Shown here: piece by piece, positions 5,544 through 12,296 of the stretch
Layout of the letters: each line of letters starts with the position of its first letter
How positions within the stretch are numbered: the stretch's first letter is position 1
DNA from: Candidatus Nanohalobium sp.
GTDB lineage: Archaea; Nanohalarchaeota; Nanosalinia; Nanosalinales; Nanosalinaceae
Assembly: GCA_042217555.1 (NCBI GenBank)
Contig: JBDGSL010000064.1
Location: 1 to 12,296, forward strand
DNA: 12,296 nucleotides
Reading direction: 5' to 3'
The notes under the pieces: model-generated
Seen by the model: only the letters and a program-made list of their open reading frames with translations
What the model was told of the DNA's origin: nothing
Databases searched by the model: none
Translations under genes and position numbers: made by a program

Positions 5544-7583
5544 ATGGAGGAGCCGGAAGATAATCCTTTTGTCAGGGAGCCTGATCTCAGGTTCCGTGAT
5601 GTGGATGAGTTGTCCGGGGAGGAGGCCCGTAGGCAGGTGGAGCTTCTGCGGGAGGCTGTCAGGTTTCATGATTACAGGTATTATGTTGAGAGCGACCCGG
5701 TTATCTCGGATAAGGCCTATGACAGGTTGTTTGAGCGTTTGAAGCGGCTTGAGGATGAGTTTGGGCTTCAGTCGGGGAGTTCTCCTACTAGGCGTGTCGG
5801 CGGTGAGCCTGTGGAAGGGTTTGAGTCCGTGGAGCATACTGTGGAGATGTTGAGTCTTGATGCGTCGGAGGATGAGGAAGAGGTCAGAGGGTTTGCCGAC
5901 AGGGTTGAGAGTAAGGTTGGAGAGGTTGAGTATCACTGTGAGCCGAAGTTTGACGGTCTCTCAGTTGAGGTTGTCTATGAGGACGGTGAGTTTGTCCGTG
6001 CGGTTACCCGTGGAAACGGTGTTGAGGGAGATGATATATCTGAGAACGTGAAGACTATCCGGTCGGTTCCTTTGAAACTGCGGAACGCACCTGGTTTTCT
6101 TGCTGTGAGAGGTGAGATATACATGCCGAAGGATGGTTTCCAGGAGTTGAACAGTGAGAGAGTTGAGAGAGGGGATGAACCGTTCGCCAATCCACGGAAT
6201 GCGGCAGCCGGGACTGTTAGACAGCTGGATCCTGATGTGGTCGCGGAGAGACCTCTGGACGTATACTTCTACAGCATCATGGACACGACCATGGACTACG
6301 GTACTCACAGGGAGGCGATGAACCGGTTGAAGGAACTGGGTTTCCCTGTGAACAGGAGGAACCGGTTGGTGGAGAGTATCGATGGTTTCATACGTTACCG
6401 TAACAGTTTGATGGAGGAGAGGGAGAGCCTCCGGTATGATATCGATGGAGTGGTTGTGAAGGTGAACAGTATGGAGAAACGGGAAGAACTGGGGGTGACT
6501 TCCTCCCATCCACGGTGGGCTTACGCCTACAAGTTCCCTGCCAGAACCGGGGAAACAAAGGTGAGGAAGATAGTTGTCCAGGTAGGCAGAACAGGAAAAC
6601 TTACACCCGTAGCTCTTTTCGACCCCGTGGATGTGAAAGGCGTCACCATCTCACGTGCAACACTCCACAACGAGGCCCAGGCACAGGAACTGGGTATTAC
6701 AGAAGACTCTGTTATAGAAGTCGAGAGAGCAGGCGACGTTATCCCCGAAGTAAAAGAAGTCAGGGAAAACCGCAGGAAAAACAGTTTCCAGATGCCGGAG
6801 AAATGCCCTGTCTGCGGTAGCGAAGTCATCCAGGAAGGGAAGTACCATTTCTGCAGCGGCGGCGCGTCCTGCCCCGCACAGCTCAAAAGATCCCTGCAGC
6901 ACTACGCATCCAGAGAAGCACTTGACATCGAAGGAATGGGAGAGAAAGTCGCAAACCAGCTTGTCGACAACGGAACCGTGGAAAAACTCCCGGATATTTA
7001 CAAACTGGAAAAACAGGACCTGACGGAACTGGACAGGTTCGCCGAAAAATCAGCAGAAAAACTTCTACAGGAAATAGAAGACAGCAAACAAACAGGCCTT
7101 GCAAGCTTCCTGACAGGCCTCGGAATCAGACACGTAGGCAAAGCTACAGCCCGGCAGCTATCTCAGAACCACACACTGAAAGAAATCAGAGAAGCAGACA
7201 GGGAAACACTGGAAAAACTGGCGGGTATCGGCCCTGAAGCATCCCAGAGCATTGTATCATTCTTCAAAGGCCACGGCGGGGAAATGGTGGACAAGCTGCT
7301 GGAACTTGGCGTAGAACCACAGAAAGCTGAAACCGGCAGAGAACTTCAGGGACTGAAACTGGTTATAACCGGATCCATCAAGGACTACACACGGGAAGAA
7401 CTCAAAGACCTGCTTGAAAGACACGGCGCCGACGTAACCTCAACCATCTCCACCGAAACCGACTATCTCATAACCGGAGAAAACCCGGGAGAAACCAAAG
7501 TAAAAGACGCAGAAGAACAGAGAATAGAGAAACTGAGTGAGAAAGAGTTTAGGGAGAAAATACTTTCAAGACTGGAAAATTGA
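5544..7583 (+). CDS. ligA: NAD+-dependent DNA ligase (haloarchaeal LigN type)
   Basis: Domain Ia YRYY...PVISD..YD, adenylation motif EPKFDG, TRGNG, VRGEIYM, FANPRNAAAG, IDGVVVK, PRWAYAYKF, OB fold VGRTG/RATLHN/RAGDVIP, zinc finger CPVC..C..C, HhH repeats and a C-terminal BRCT domain. N-terminal NPFV..P...F extension as in haloarchaeal enzymes. Confidence 0.98.
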   Translation: MEEPEDNPFVREPDLRFRDVDELSGEEARRQVELLREAVRFHDYRYYVESDPVISDKAYDRLFERLKRLEDEFGLQSGSSPTRRVGGEPVEGFESVEHTVEMLSLDASEDEEEVRGFADRVESKVGEVEYHCEPKFDGLSVEVVYEDGEFVRAVTRGNGVEGDDISENVKTIRSVPLKLRNAPGFLAVRGEIYMPKDGFQELNSERVERGDEPFANPRNAAAGTVRQLDPDVVAERPLDVYFYSIMDTTMDYGTHREAMNRLKELGFPVNRRNRLVESIDGFIRYRNSLMEERESLRYDIDGVVVKVNSMEKREELGVTSSHPRWAYAYKFPARTGETKVRKIVVQVGRTGKLTPVALFDPVDVKGVTISRATLHNEAQAQELGITEDSVIEVERAGDVIPEVKEVRENRRKNSFQMPEKCPVCGSEVIQEGKYHFCSGGASCPAQLKRSLQHYASREALDIEGMGEKVANQLVDNGTVEKLPDIYKLEKQDLTELDRFAEKSAEKLLQEIEDSKQTGLASFLTGLGIRHVGKATARQLSQNHTLKEIREADRETLEKLAGIGPEASQSIVSFFKGHGGEMVDKLLELGVEPQKAETGRELQGLKLVITGSIKDYTREELKDLLERHGADVTSTISTETDYLITGENPGETKVKDAEEQRIEKLSEKEFREKILSRLEN

Positions 7584-7636
7584 ACCGGATTCTCTCAGAG
7601 TAAAGCCTTTACGCGTTGAGGTGTTAAAATGTTTTT

Positions 7637-8065
7637 ATGTACAGTAAAATCCTTGTCCCTACCGATGGCAGCAGTGAGGCAGAACAGGCTGTGGACTATG
7701 CACTGGACCTTGCGGAACGTTACGATGCCGAGGTACACGTGGTTTACGTTGTGGATGACAGCGTGACACCTGAGAAAGAGTTAATGGACAGTATACGTGG
7801 AGAGTTCAGGAGAAGAGGAGAGGAAGCTACTGAAAGGATTCTGGAGAAAGCACGGTTAAAAAATCTTGAAACAGTCAGGGAGATAGCTGAAGGCGTTCCT
7901 TCTGAACAGATCGTTGACTACATCGATGAAAACAGCATAGACCTGACTGTCATGAGCACTCACGGCAGGACAGGCCTCAAAAGAGTTCTCATGGGAAGCA
8001 CGACAGAAAGAGTACTGAGAGAGTCCTCTTCCCCGGTTATGACTATAGGCCCTGGGAAGGAGTAA
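7637..8065 (+). CDS. Universal stress protein (UspA family), copy 1
   Basis: MYSKILVPTDGS...A...A..LA...DAEVHVVYVVD...EGVPSEQIVDY...DLTVMSTHGRTGLKRVLMGSTTERVLR. Confidence 0.95.
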   Translation: MYSKILVPTDGSSEAEQAVDYALDLAERYDAEVHVVYVVDDSVTPEKELMDSIRGEFRRRGEEATERILEKARLKNLETVREIAEGVPSEQIVDYIDENSIDLTVMSTHGRTGLKRVLMGSTTERVLRESSSPVMTIGPGKE

Positions 8066-8117
8066 AGTGAATCGACAGTTTTATACCGTTAAGACACGTA
8101 TTATACCTTTGATTACT

Positions 8118-8543
8118 ATGTATGATAAGATTCTGGTCCCTACGGACGGCAGTGAAGGTGCTGAGGTGGCAGTAGAACACGCTATCGACCTTGCGAAGAA
8201 GTACGATGCAGAGCTTCACGCAGTCTACGTGGTGGACGTAAGAGCAGGTAGCGCAGCAGACATGTGGGCCAACCTTCTCTCGGAGTTCGAGGAGATTGGA
8301 GAAGAAGCAACGGAGGGAATAAAGACCAGGGCCAGGGAAGCCGGAGTTAAAGCCGTTGCAGAAGTGGTGAGAGGCATACCACATAGAGAGATCAACGATT
8401 ACGCCGGTGAAAACAGTGTAGACCTGATCGTCATGGGTACACATGGCAGAAGCGGCCTTGACAGGATACTGCTGGGTAGCGTAACTGAAAAAGTCGTCAG
8501 GACGTCCGAAATACCTGTCTTGACGGTGGGCAGGGAAGAGTGA
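8118..8543 (+). CDS. Universal stress protein (UspA family), copy 2
   Basis: Start moved to ATG 8118 (MYDKILVPTDGS), matching the paralog. Full G-x2-G-x9-GS ATP-binding motif GTHGRSGLDRILLGS. Confidence 0.95.
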   Translation: MYDKILVPTDGSEGAEVAVEHAIDLAKKYDAELHAVYVVDVRAGSAADMWANLLSEFEEIGEEATEGIKTRAREAGVKAVAEVVRGIPHREINDYAGENSVDLIVMGTHGRSGLDRILLGSVTEKVVRTSEIPVLTVGREE

Positions 8544-8722
8544 TGGCAGGAGTTGTCCTGACTTCTTCTCTAGCTTTTCTTTTCAGCCTGTTATTCCTGG
8601 TTGCTGGAATCTATGTGAAGAAGAAAAAGCTTTCAGCGAATCCAAAGTACTTTTTCCTAGCTTCCGGACTGCTTTTCCTGTTGGGAGCAGCTTTGATACT
8701 GTTTTTCCTTGTATATTTCTAG
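8543..8722 (+). CDS. Small two-TM membrane protein (59 aa)
   Basis: TGATG overlap with the stop of Usp copy 2. Two hydrophobic stretches are separated by the basic loop KKKKLSANPKY. Confidence 0.7.
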   Translation: MAGVVLTSSLAFLFSLLFLVAGIYVKKKKLSANPKYFFLASGLLFLLGAALILFFLVYF

Positions 8723-8725
8723 ATC

Positions 8726-8980
8726 CTAGATTATTTCTCTTTCTCTGAGTGTGGCCTGGAGGTATGCTCCTGTGAACATGCCTGCGAAGGCTGCGATGAT
8801 CTTGTAGTTTCCTAATCCGGGGCTTGCGTATCCTGATCCTGGGCAGACTTCGGAGAGACCCCATCCCAGGCCGAACAGTGTTCCGCCGAGAAGAACTTTT
8901 CTGTCAAGTGTCTTTTCCCTCTTTGTGAATACTTTTCCCGTGAGTGGGGAGGTTTTCTCGAACCTGCTTCCGATTTCAAA
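8726..8980 (-). pseudogene. 5'-truncated YeeE/YedE (sulfur-compound transporter, DUF6691-like) remnant
   Basis: Hand translation: FEIGSRFEKTSPLTGKVFTKREKTLDRKVLLGGTLFGLGWGLSEVCPGSGYASPGLGNYKIIAAFAGMFTGAYLQATLREREII*. It carries the GG.lFG.GWGL...CPG signature. There is an in-frame TGA at 8981-8983, no start codon ahead of the signature, and the N-terminal TM helices are absent. Confidence 0.8.
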
Positions 8981-9023
8981 TCAGAGAAATTTGTTCTGCA
9001 CTTCTTTAAAATCCCTGTTTTCT

Positions 9024-9644
9024 TCACATGTCTTCCCTGTTTTCGACGAATGGTACGAACCTTACCGGTCCGTGTTCTGTTATTTCTCCGTTATCGAGTT
9101 TTTTCAGGATCTGTGCGCCGTTGCCGTAGACTGGTGCGACTGCAGTCCCATCTTCCTTCAGGTGTTCCCGGGCCTCTTTCAGTGAGTTTATGGCACAGGA
9201 GTAAAGTATCCTGTCAAATTCCCGTTCTCCGAGTTTGTCTTCCACGGGTTCAAAGCCGCTTCCCTTGAAGACTGTCACGTTCTCTCTTTCCGACAGTCTT
9301 TCCCTGGATTTTTCCACAAGTTCTTCTATAATCTCTACACCGATTACTTTGCCTTCTGTCAACTGTGAGAGGATGGCAAGCTGGTAGCCGGAGCCTGAAC
9401 CTATTTCAACCACTGTACTGCTTTCATCAACGTCCAGAAGCTCAGTGTTTGTGGCCACCATGTGTGGTGCGGAGATCGTTGCTTCTTCTGCAATAGGCAG
9501 CGGACTGTCGGCGTAGGCCTTATCCTGATACCGGTCAGGGACGAATACGGCCCTGTCCACGTTCCTGAATGCTTCCTCCACTTTCCCTGATTCGATATGT
9601 CCTCTTTCAACCAGTCGATCCACAAGTTCACTGTTTGAGTTCAT
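9024..9644 (-). CDS. pcm: Protein-L-isoaspartate(D-aspartate) O-methyltransferase (PIMT)
   Basis: VDRAVFVP, AYADSPLPI, TISAPHMVA, SAM motif EIGSGSGY, FDRIL and C-terminal VRFVPF. Confidence 0.93.
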   Translation of the reverse strand: MNSNSELVDRLVERGHIESGKVEEAFRNVDRAVFVPDRYQDKAYADSPLPIAEEATISAPHMVATNTELLDVDESSTVVEIGSGSGYQLAILSQLTEGKVIGVEIIEELVEKSRERLSERENVTVFKGSGFEPVEDKLGEREFDRILYSCAINSLKEAREHLKEDGTAVAPVYGNGAQILKKLDNGEITEHGPVRFVPFVENREDM

Positions 9645-9835
9645 GTCCTGTCAACCTCCGAGAGAGGACTTTCCTCTTCCTCTTCTTCTTTTCCGTCGAA
9701 TCTTCTTTCACCGCCCTGGCATACCTTACAGCCGTAAGGAAGCTTGCACTGGCCGCAGACCTGAGAACCACATACTTCGCACGTCGTAACAGCCTTTCTC
9801 TCACCGCAGTACTCACAGATTTTCTCGACGTCCAT
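9641..9835 (-). CDS. Small Cys8 zinc-finger protein (four CxxC pairs) with an acidic tail
   Basis: CEYC, CEVC, CGQC, CKVC, then KEEEEEES; ATGA overlap with the pcm start (9641-9644). Confidence 0.85.
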   Translation of the reverse strand: MDVEKICEYCGERKAVTTCEVCGSQVCGQCKLPYGCKVCQGGERRFDGKEEEEEESPLSEVDRT

Positions 9836-9891
9836 ACACAGTTTTGGTACTCAATGCTCTAAAGCCTTTTTCTTCTGCACATTTGCTTTTT

Positions 9892-10704
9892 TTAGCTTTC
9901 TCGTGAACGGTTTAGAAGTTCTGGATAGTCTGCAGGCGTTCTTTTGTGTTTTGAGTCCCTGTGCATCCGATAGATGTTCTCTGCTTTCTCTAGGTCTGTT
10001 CCTGTTTTCTCTGCTGCTTCCTCAGGTTCAAGGCCGTTGTCTACGGTATTTTTCAGAATTTTGTCGACTGTCCGGTAATCTGCTCCTATCTCCTCTTCGT
10101 CTGTCTGGCCTTTCCAGAGTCCTGCTACCGGTTCTTTCTCTATGAATTTGGCGTCTAGGCCTATTTTCTCTGCTATTTCCTGTATCTCTGTCTTGTAGAG
10201 TTGTTGCAGTGGTTGTATGTCGGCTGCGCCGTCACCGTACTTGGTGAAGTATCCTATCAGGTATTCGCTGCGGTTTCCGGATCCAAGGACAAGTCTCTGA
10301 TTCTTGTTGGCGTCCAGGTATTCGTAACACATCCTGATACGCGCACGGAGGTTTCCTACTGCCTTGCTGTCTGGTTCAGAGTTTACCTGTTTCTGGAAGC
10401 TTTTGACCACCGGAGTGAGGTCTGCTTCGTGTGTATCTACTTCAAGATCCGAGCACAGTTTTCTTGCGTCTTCCATGTTTCTACGGCTGCTGGGCTTTCC
10501 AGGCATTATCCATGCTGAAACTTTTTCCGGGCCTACAGCGTCGACCGTGGTCTTCAATGCAACTGCTGAGTCCAGCCCTCCTGACACACCGATGACGTAT
10601 CCTCTGGCTCCTGTACTTTCCAGTTTTTTCCTCAGAAAACACTTTACCTTCTCTACAGCTTTCTCCAGGTTGACTCTTTGTTCTGCAGTGTCAGAATGTT
10701 TCAT
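9892..10704 (-). CDS. nadE: NH3-dependent NAD+ synthetase
   Basis: PP-loop GVSGGLDS, GNLRARIRM, GSGNRSE..IGYFTKYGDG, LYKTE, AGLW.GQTDEEEIG, SKHKR; no glutaminase domain. Confidence 0.96.
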   Translation of the reverse strand: MKHSDTAEQRVNLEKAVEKVKCFLRKKLESTGARGYVIGVSGGLDSAVALKTTVDAVGPEKVSAWIMPGKPSSRRNMEDARKLCSDLEVDTHEADLTPVVKSFQKQVNSEPDSKAVGNLRARIRMCYEYLDANKNQRLVLGSGNRSEYLIGYFTKYGDGAADIQPLQQLYKTEIQEIAEKIGLDAKFIEKEPVAGLWKGQTDEEEIGADYRTVDKILKNTVDNGLEPEEAAEKTGTDLEKAENIYRMHRDSKHKRTPADYPELLNRSRES

Positions 10705-10716
10705 GATTGAAGTGGT

Positions 10717-11454
10717 TCAGGTATACATTTCCCTGGGATAGGCTTCGCTGGCTTTCTTTTCCGGGCTTTTTCTCAGGTTTTCGGCCAGTTTCTTCTTCTG
10801 CTCTCTGATCTGGTCAGCTTTCTCTTTCAGCTTTCCTGTATCGATGTCTATACCGGTTACAGGCCCTATACCTTCATCTATAAGCTGCTTTGAGCCTTCA
10901 GGGTCGGGAAAGGCCCCGCTCTCTATTACCAGTGCCAGTACATCCATATCCTTTTTCAGTGCCTGTTCAAGAAGTGCGCCTGTAGGCCCTGAGATTCCAC
11001 CGGCGACAGGAGGATCGTTGAACTCAACGTTGTTCATACCGGGTATATCTCCGTTCTTGACGTGGAACATGTATTTCTCCCCTTCACCCTCTACATCTAC
11101 AGGGAGACCGATCTGGAAGACCGGCTTCAATTTTTCTTCTCCCATCCAGTCCGTTACACTATCCATGAAGTTCTTAGATTCAGCAGAGACCGGCACATCC
11201 GACTTCAGAACTGCCACTTTTGACTCTCTGTCGATAAACACTCTTACTGCAGCCTTAAGCTCAGGGTTATCTCTTTCAAACACAGTGACACTGGAAAAAT
11301 CATCACAGTAGATCTCAGCGTATGGCTCCATTTCCAGTTTCTGTATAAGGAAGTCGGAAGCTATCTTTGCCACCAGTCCTACACCTGGCAGGCCCTCTAC
11401 CAGGTAGTAACCTTCCAAGTCAACTTCATCATTGACAACGGAGATATCAACCAT
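10717..11454 (-). CDS. PAC2-family proteasome assembly chaperone (PbaA/PbaB-like)
   Basis: Start moved to ATG 11454 (MVDISVV). EGLPGVGLVAKIASDFL, GISGPTGALL, FPDP..S, IDT.KL.EKA..I, and C-terminal EMYT (HbYX). Confidence 0.9.
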   Translation of the reverse strand: MVDISVVNDEVDLEGYYLVEGLPGVGLVAKIASDFLIQKLEMEPYAEIYCDDFSSVTVFERDNPELKAAVRVFIDRESKVAVLKSDVPVSAESKNFMDSVTDWMGEEKLKPVFQIGLPVDVEGEGEKYMFHVKNGDIPGMNNVEFNDPPVAGGISGPTGALLEQALKKDMDVLALVIESGAFPDPEGSKQLIDEGIGPVTGIDIDTGKLKEKADQIREQKKKLAENLRKSPEKKASEAYPREMYT

Positions 11455-11678
11455 AACATACGTTGTGAAGCAATACTTAACTATCTTGTCTGCCACCGTT
11501 ACAGAAAGCAGGTATTCAGAGTATAGAAAGGTAAAACGAAACAAAAACGCGTTGATAGATTTTACCCGGCGAAATTATTTTCTTCATGTTTAGAAAGCTG
11601 TCTGAGTTGACAGTAAAGCTTCTAGAACCCAAATAGTTTTAAACATTGCTGCCAAAGAATGCTTGGAGGTGTCTTGGT

Positions 11679-11831
11679 TTGCCTAGATTTGTCTGTCCGT
11701 TCTGTGATGACGTGATCAAAGCCGGTGAAGGTGCTGAGGTGTGCGGGGATGCGCTTGATCACGTAGTGGAAAGACATGGAAAGGAGAACATGTCCGAGGA
11801 GTACATCCTTGAGAACATCCGTTCGAACTAG
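11679..11831 (+). CDS. Small zinc-binding protein, DUF1059-like (CxxC...HxxxxH), 50 aa
   Basis: TTG 11679 follows SD GGAGGTG (11665-11671), with TTTTAAA at 11637-11643. MPRFVCPFCDDVIKAGEGAEVCGDALDHVVERHGKENMSEEYILENIRSN. Confidence 0.7.
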   Translation: MPRFVCPFCDDVIKAGEGAEVCGDALDHVVERHGKENMSEEYILENIRSN

Positions 11832-11926
11832 AAAAGAAGGGATTCAAAGAATGGAAGGTCTACCAAGGATTTAATAAAAAGAAACTTCAAGAACCCAAGA
11901 GAGCAGTCTGGGAGATCAAAAAATGA
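11828..11926 (+). pseudogene. Probable 3'-end relic of a class I SAM-dependent methyltransferase gene
   Basis: Startless frame LEKKGFKEWKVYQGFNKKKLQEPKRAVWEIKK* resembles methyltransferase C-termini (L..aGF....vYGgF....l......vw.a.K). Its TGA forms an ATGA overlap with the GNAT start. Confidence 0.5.
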
Positions 11927-12296
11927 AAATCAGAAGATACAAGGAGTCGGATGCGGAGGAAAAGGCAGAGGTTCATAGAAAAAGTGTTAGAGAAATTGCT
12001 TCTGACGATTACTCAAAACAGGAAGTCGAGGTCTGGTCAGATGTCGAAGTAGAGGAAGACCCGCTTCCAGAAGAAAAAGTGAGATATGTGGCTATTGAAG
12101 ATGAAGGAATAGTAGGTTTCGGAGAGTACAATATAGAGGAAAACGAAGTAACAGGTCTATATGTTCACCCTGATTATACTGGGGAAGGTGTCGGTCAGCA
12201 ACTACTTGGAAAAGTAGAGAAGGATGCTAAAGAACACAGTTTGGAGAAACTTACCTGTTTATCTACGGTTACAGCTAAAGGCTTCTACCAGAAACA
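11923..12296 (+). CDS. GNAT family N-acetyltransferase (YafP-like), 3' end beyond the window
   Basis: Not in the ORF track; hand translation MKIRRYKESDAEEKAEVHRKSVREIASDDYSKQEVEVW...IVGFGE...LYVHPDYTGEGVGQQLL...STVTAKGFYQK contains acetyl-CoA motif A and the A..FY motif B. Confidence 0.92.
   Translation, partial: MKIRRYKESDAEEKAEVHRKSVREIASDDYSKQEVEVWSDVEVEEDPLPEEKVRYVAIEDEGIVGFGEYNIEENEVTGLYVHPDYTGEGVGQQLLGKVEKDAKEHSLEKLTCLSTVTAKGFYQK

Noticed and set aside
3084..7104. Alternative-frame and antisense ORFs inside polX, the 4895 gene and ligA
   Set aside because: Nested in or largely overlapping well-supported genes; explained by codon bias.
5544..7583. Intein or insertion in ligA (and polX)
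   Set aside because: Lengths and domain order are normal; no splice motifs seen.
8583..9027. Track ORFs 8583..8864 and 8812..9027 (-)
   Set aside because: Off-frame readings over the YeeE/YedE remnant; the 9027 N-terminus does not resemble the missing hydrophobic helices.
8925..11311. Shadow ORFs over pcm, the zinc finger, nadE and PAC2
   Set aside because: Antisense or alternative frames of confidently identified genes.
11591..11624. Imperfect hairpin (CTGTC-TGAGTT-GACAG with outer TAGAAAG/GCTTCTA) in the divergent intergenic region
   Set aside because: Weak interrupted stem; no recognisable ncRNA or riboswitch consensus.
1..12296. CRISPR array, tRNA/rRNA, transposase, integrase or defence system
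   Set aside because: No spaced repeats, cloverleaf or recombinase motifs found by eye; intergenic gaps are short.

Overview
Gene-dense chromosomal window from a halophilic archaeon. The proteins are acidic, GC is moderate, promoters are TATA-type with short or no leaders, and the NAD ligase is of the haloarchaeal type. Candidatus Nanohaloarchaeota (DPANN) is my best guess, by inference only. Left to right: 5' part of an M14/AstE-AspA metallohydrolase (-), small membrane protein (-), HAD phosphatase (-), two paralogous winged-helix-like proteins (-), an acidic gene broken by a frameshift in a G8 tract (-), PolX-PHP DNA polymerase (+), an orphan helical protein (-), NAD+-dependent DNA ligase (+), two tandem UspA proteins and a small membrane protein (+), a 5'-truncated YeeE/YedE remnant (-), PIMT (pcm) coupled to a Cys8 zinc finger (-), NH3-dependent NadE (-), PAC2 proteasome chaperone with an HbYX tail (-), DUF1059-like zinc protein (+), a probable methyltransferase 3' relic and a GNAT acetyltransferase (+, runs off the window). 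I found no RNA genes, CRISPR array or mobile element. Best leads: a clustered DNA and protein repair set (PolX, LigA, NadE, PIMT, Usp, PAC2); a homopolymer-frameshifted gene divergent from polX whose N-terminus resembles the PolX 8-kDa domain; a 5' G/T to 3' A/C synonymous-codon gradient along genes; and two gene relics missed by the ORF track. None of these is proven to be a new system.
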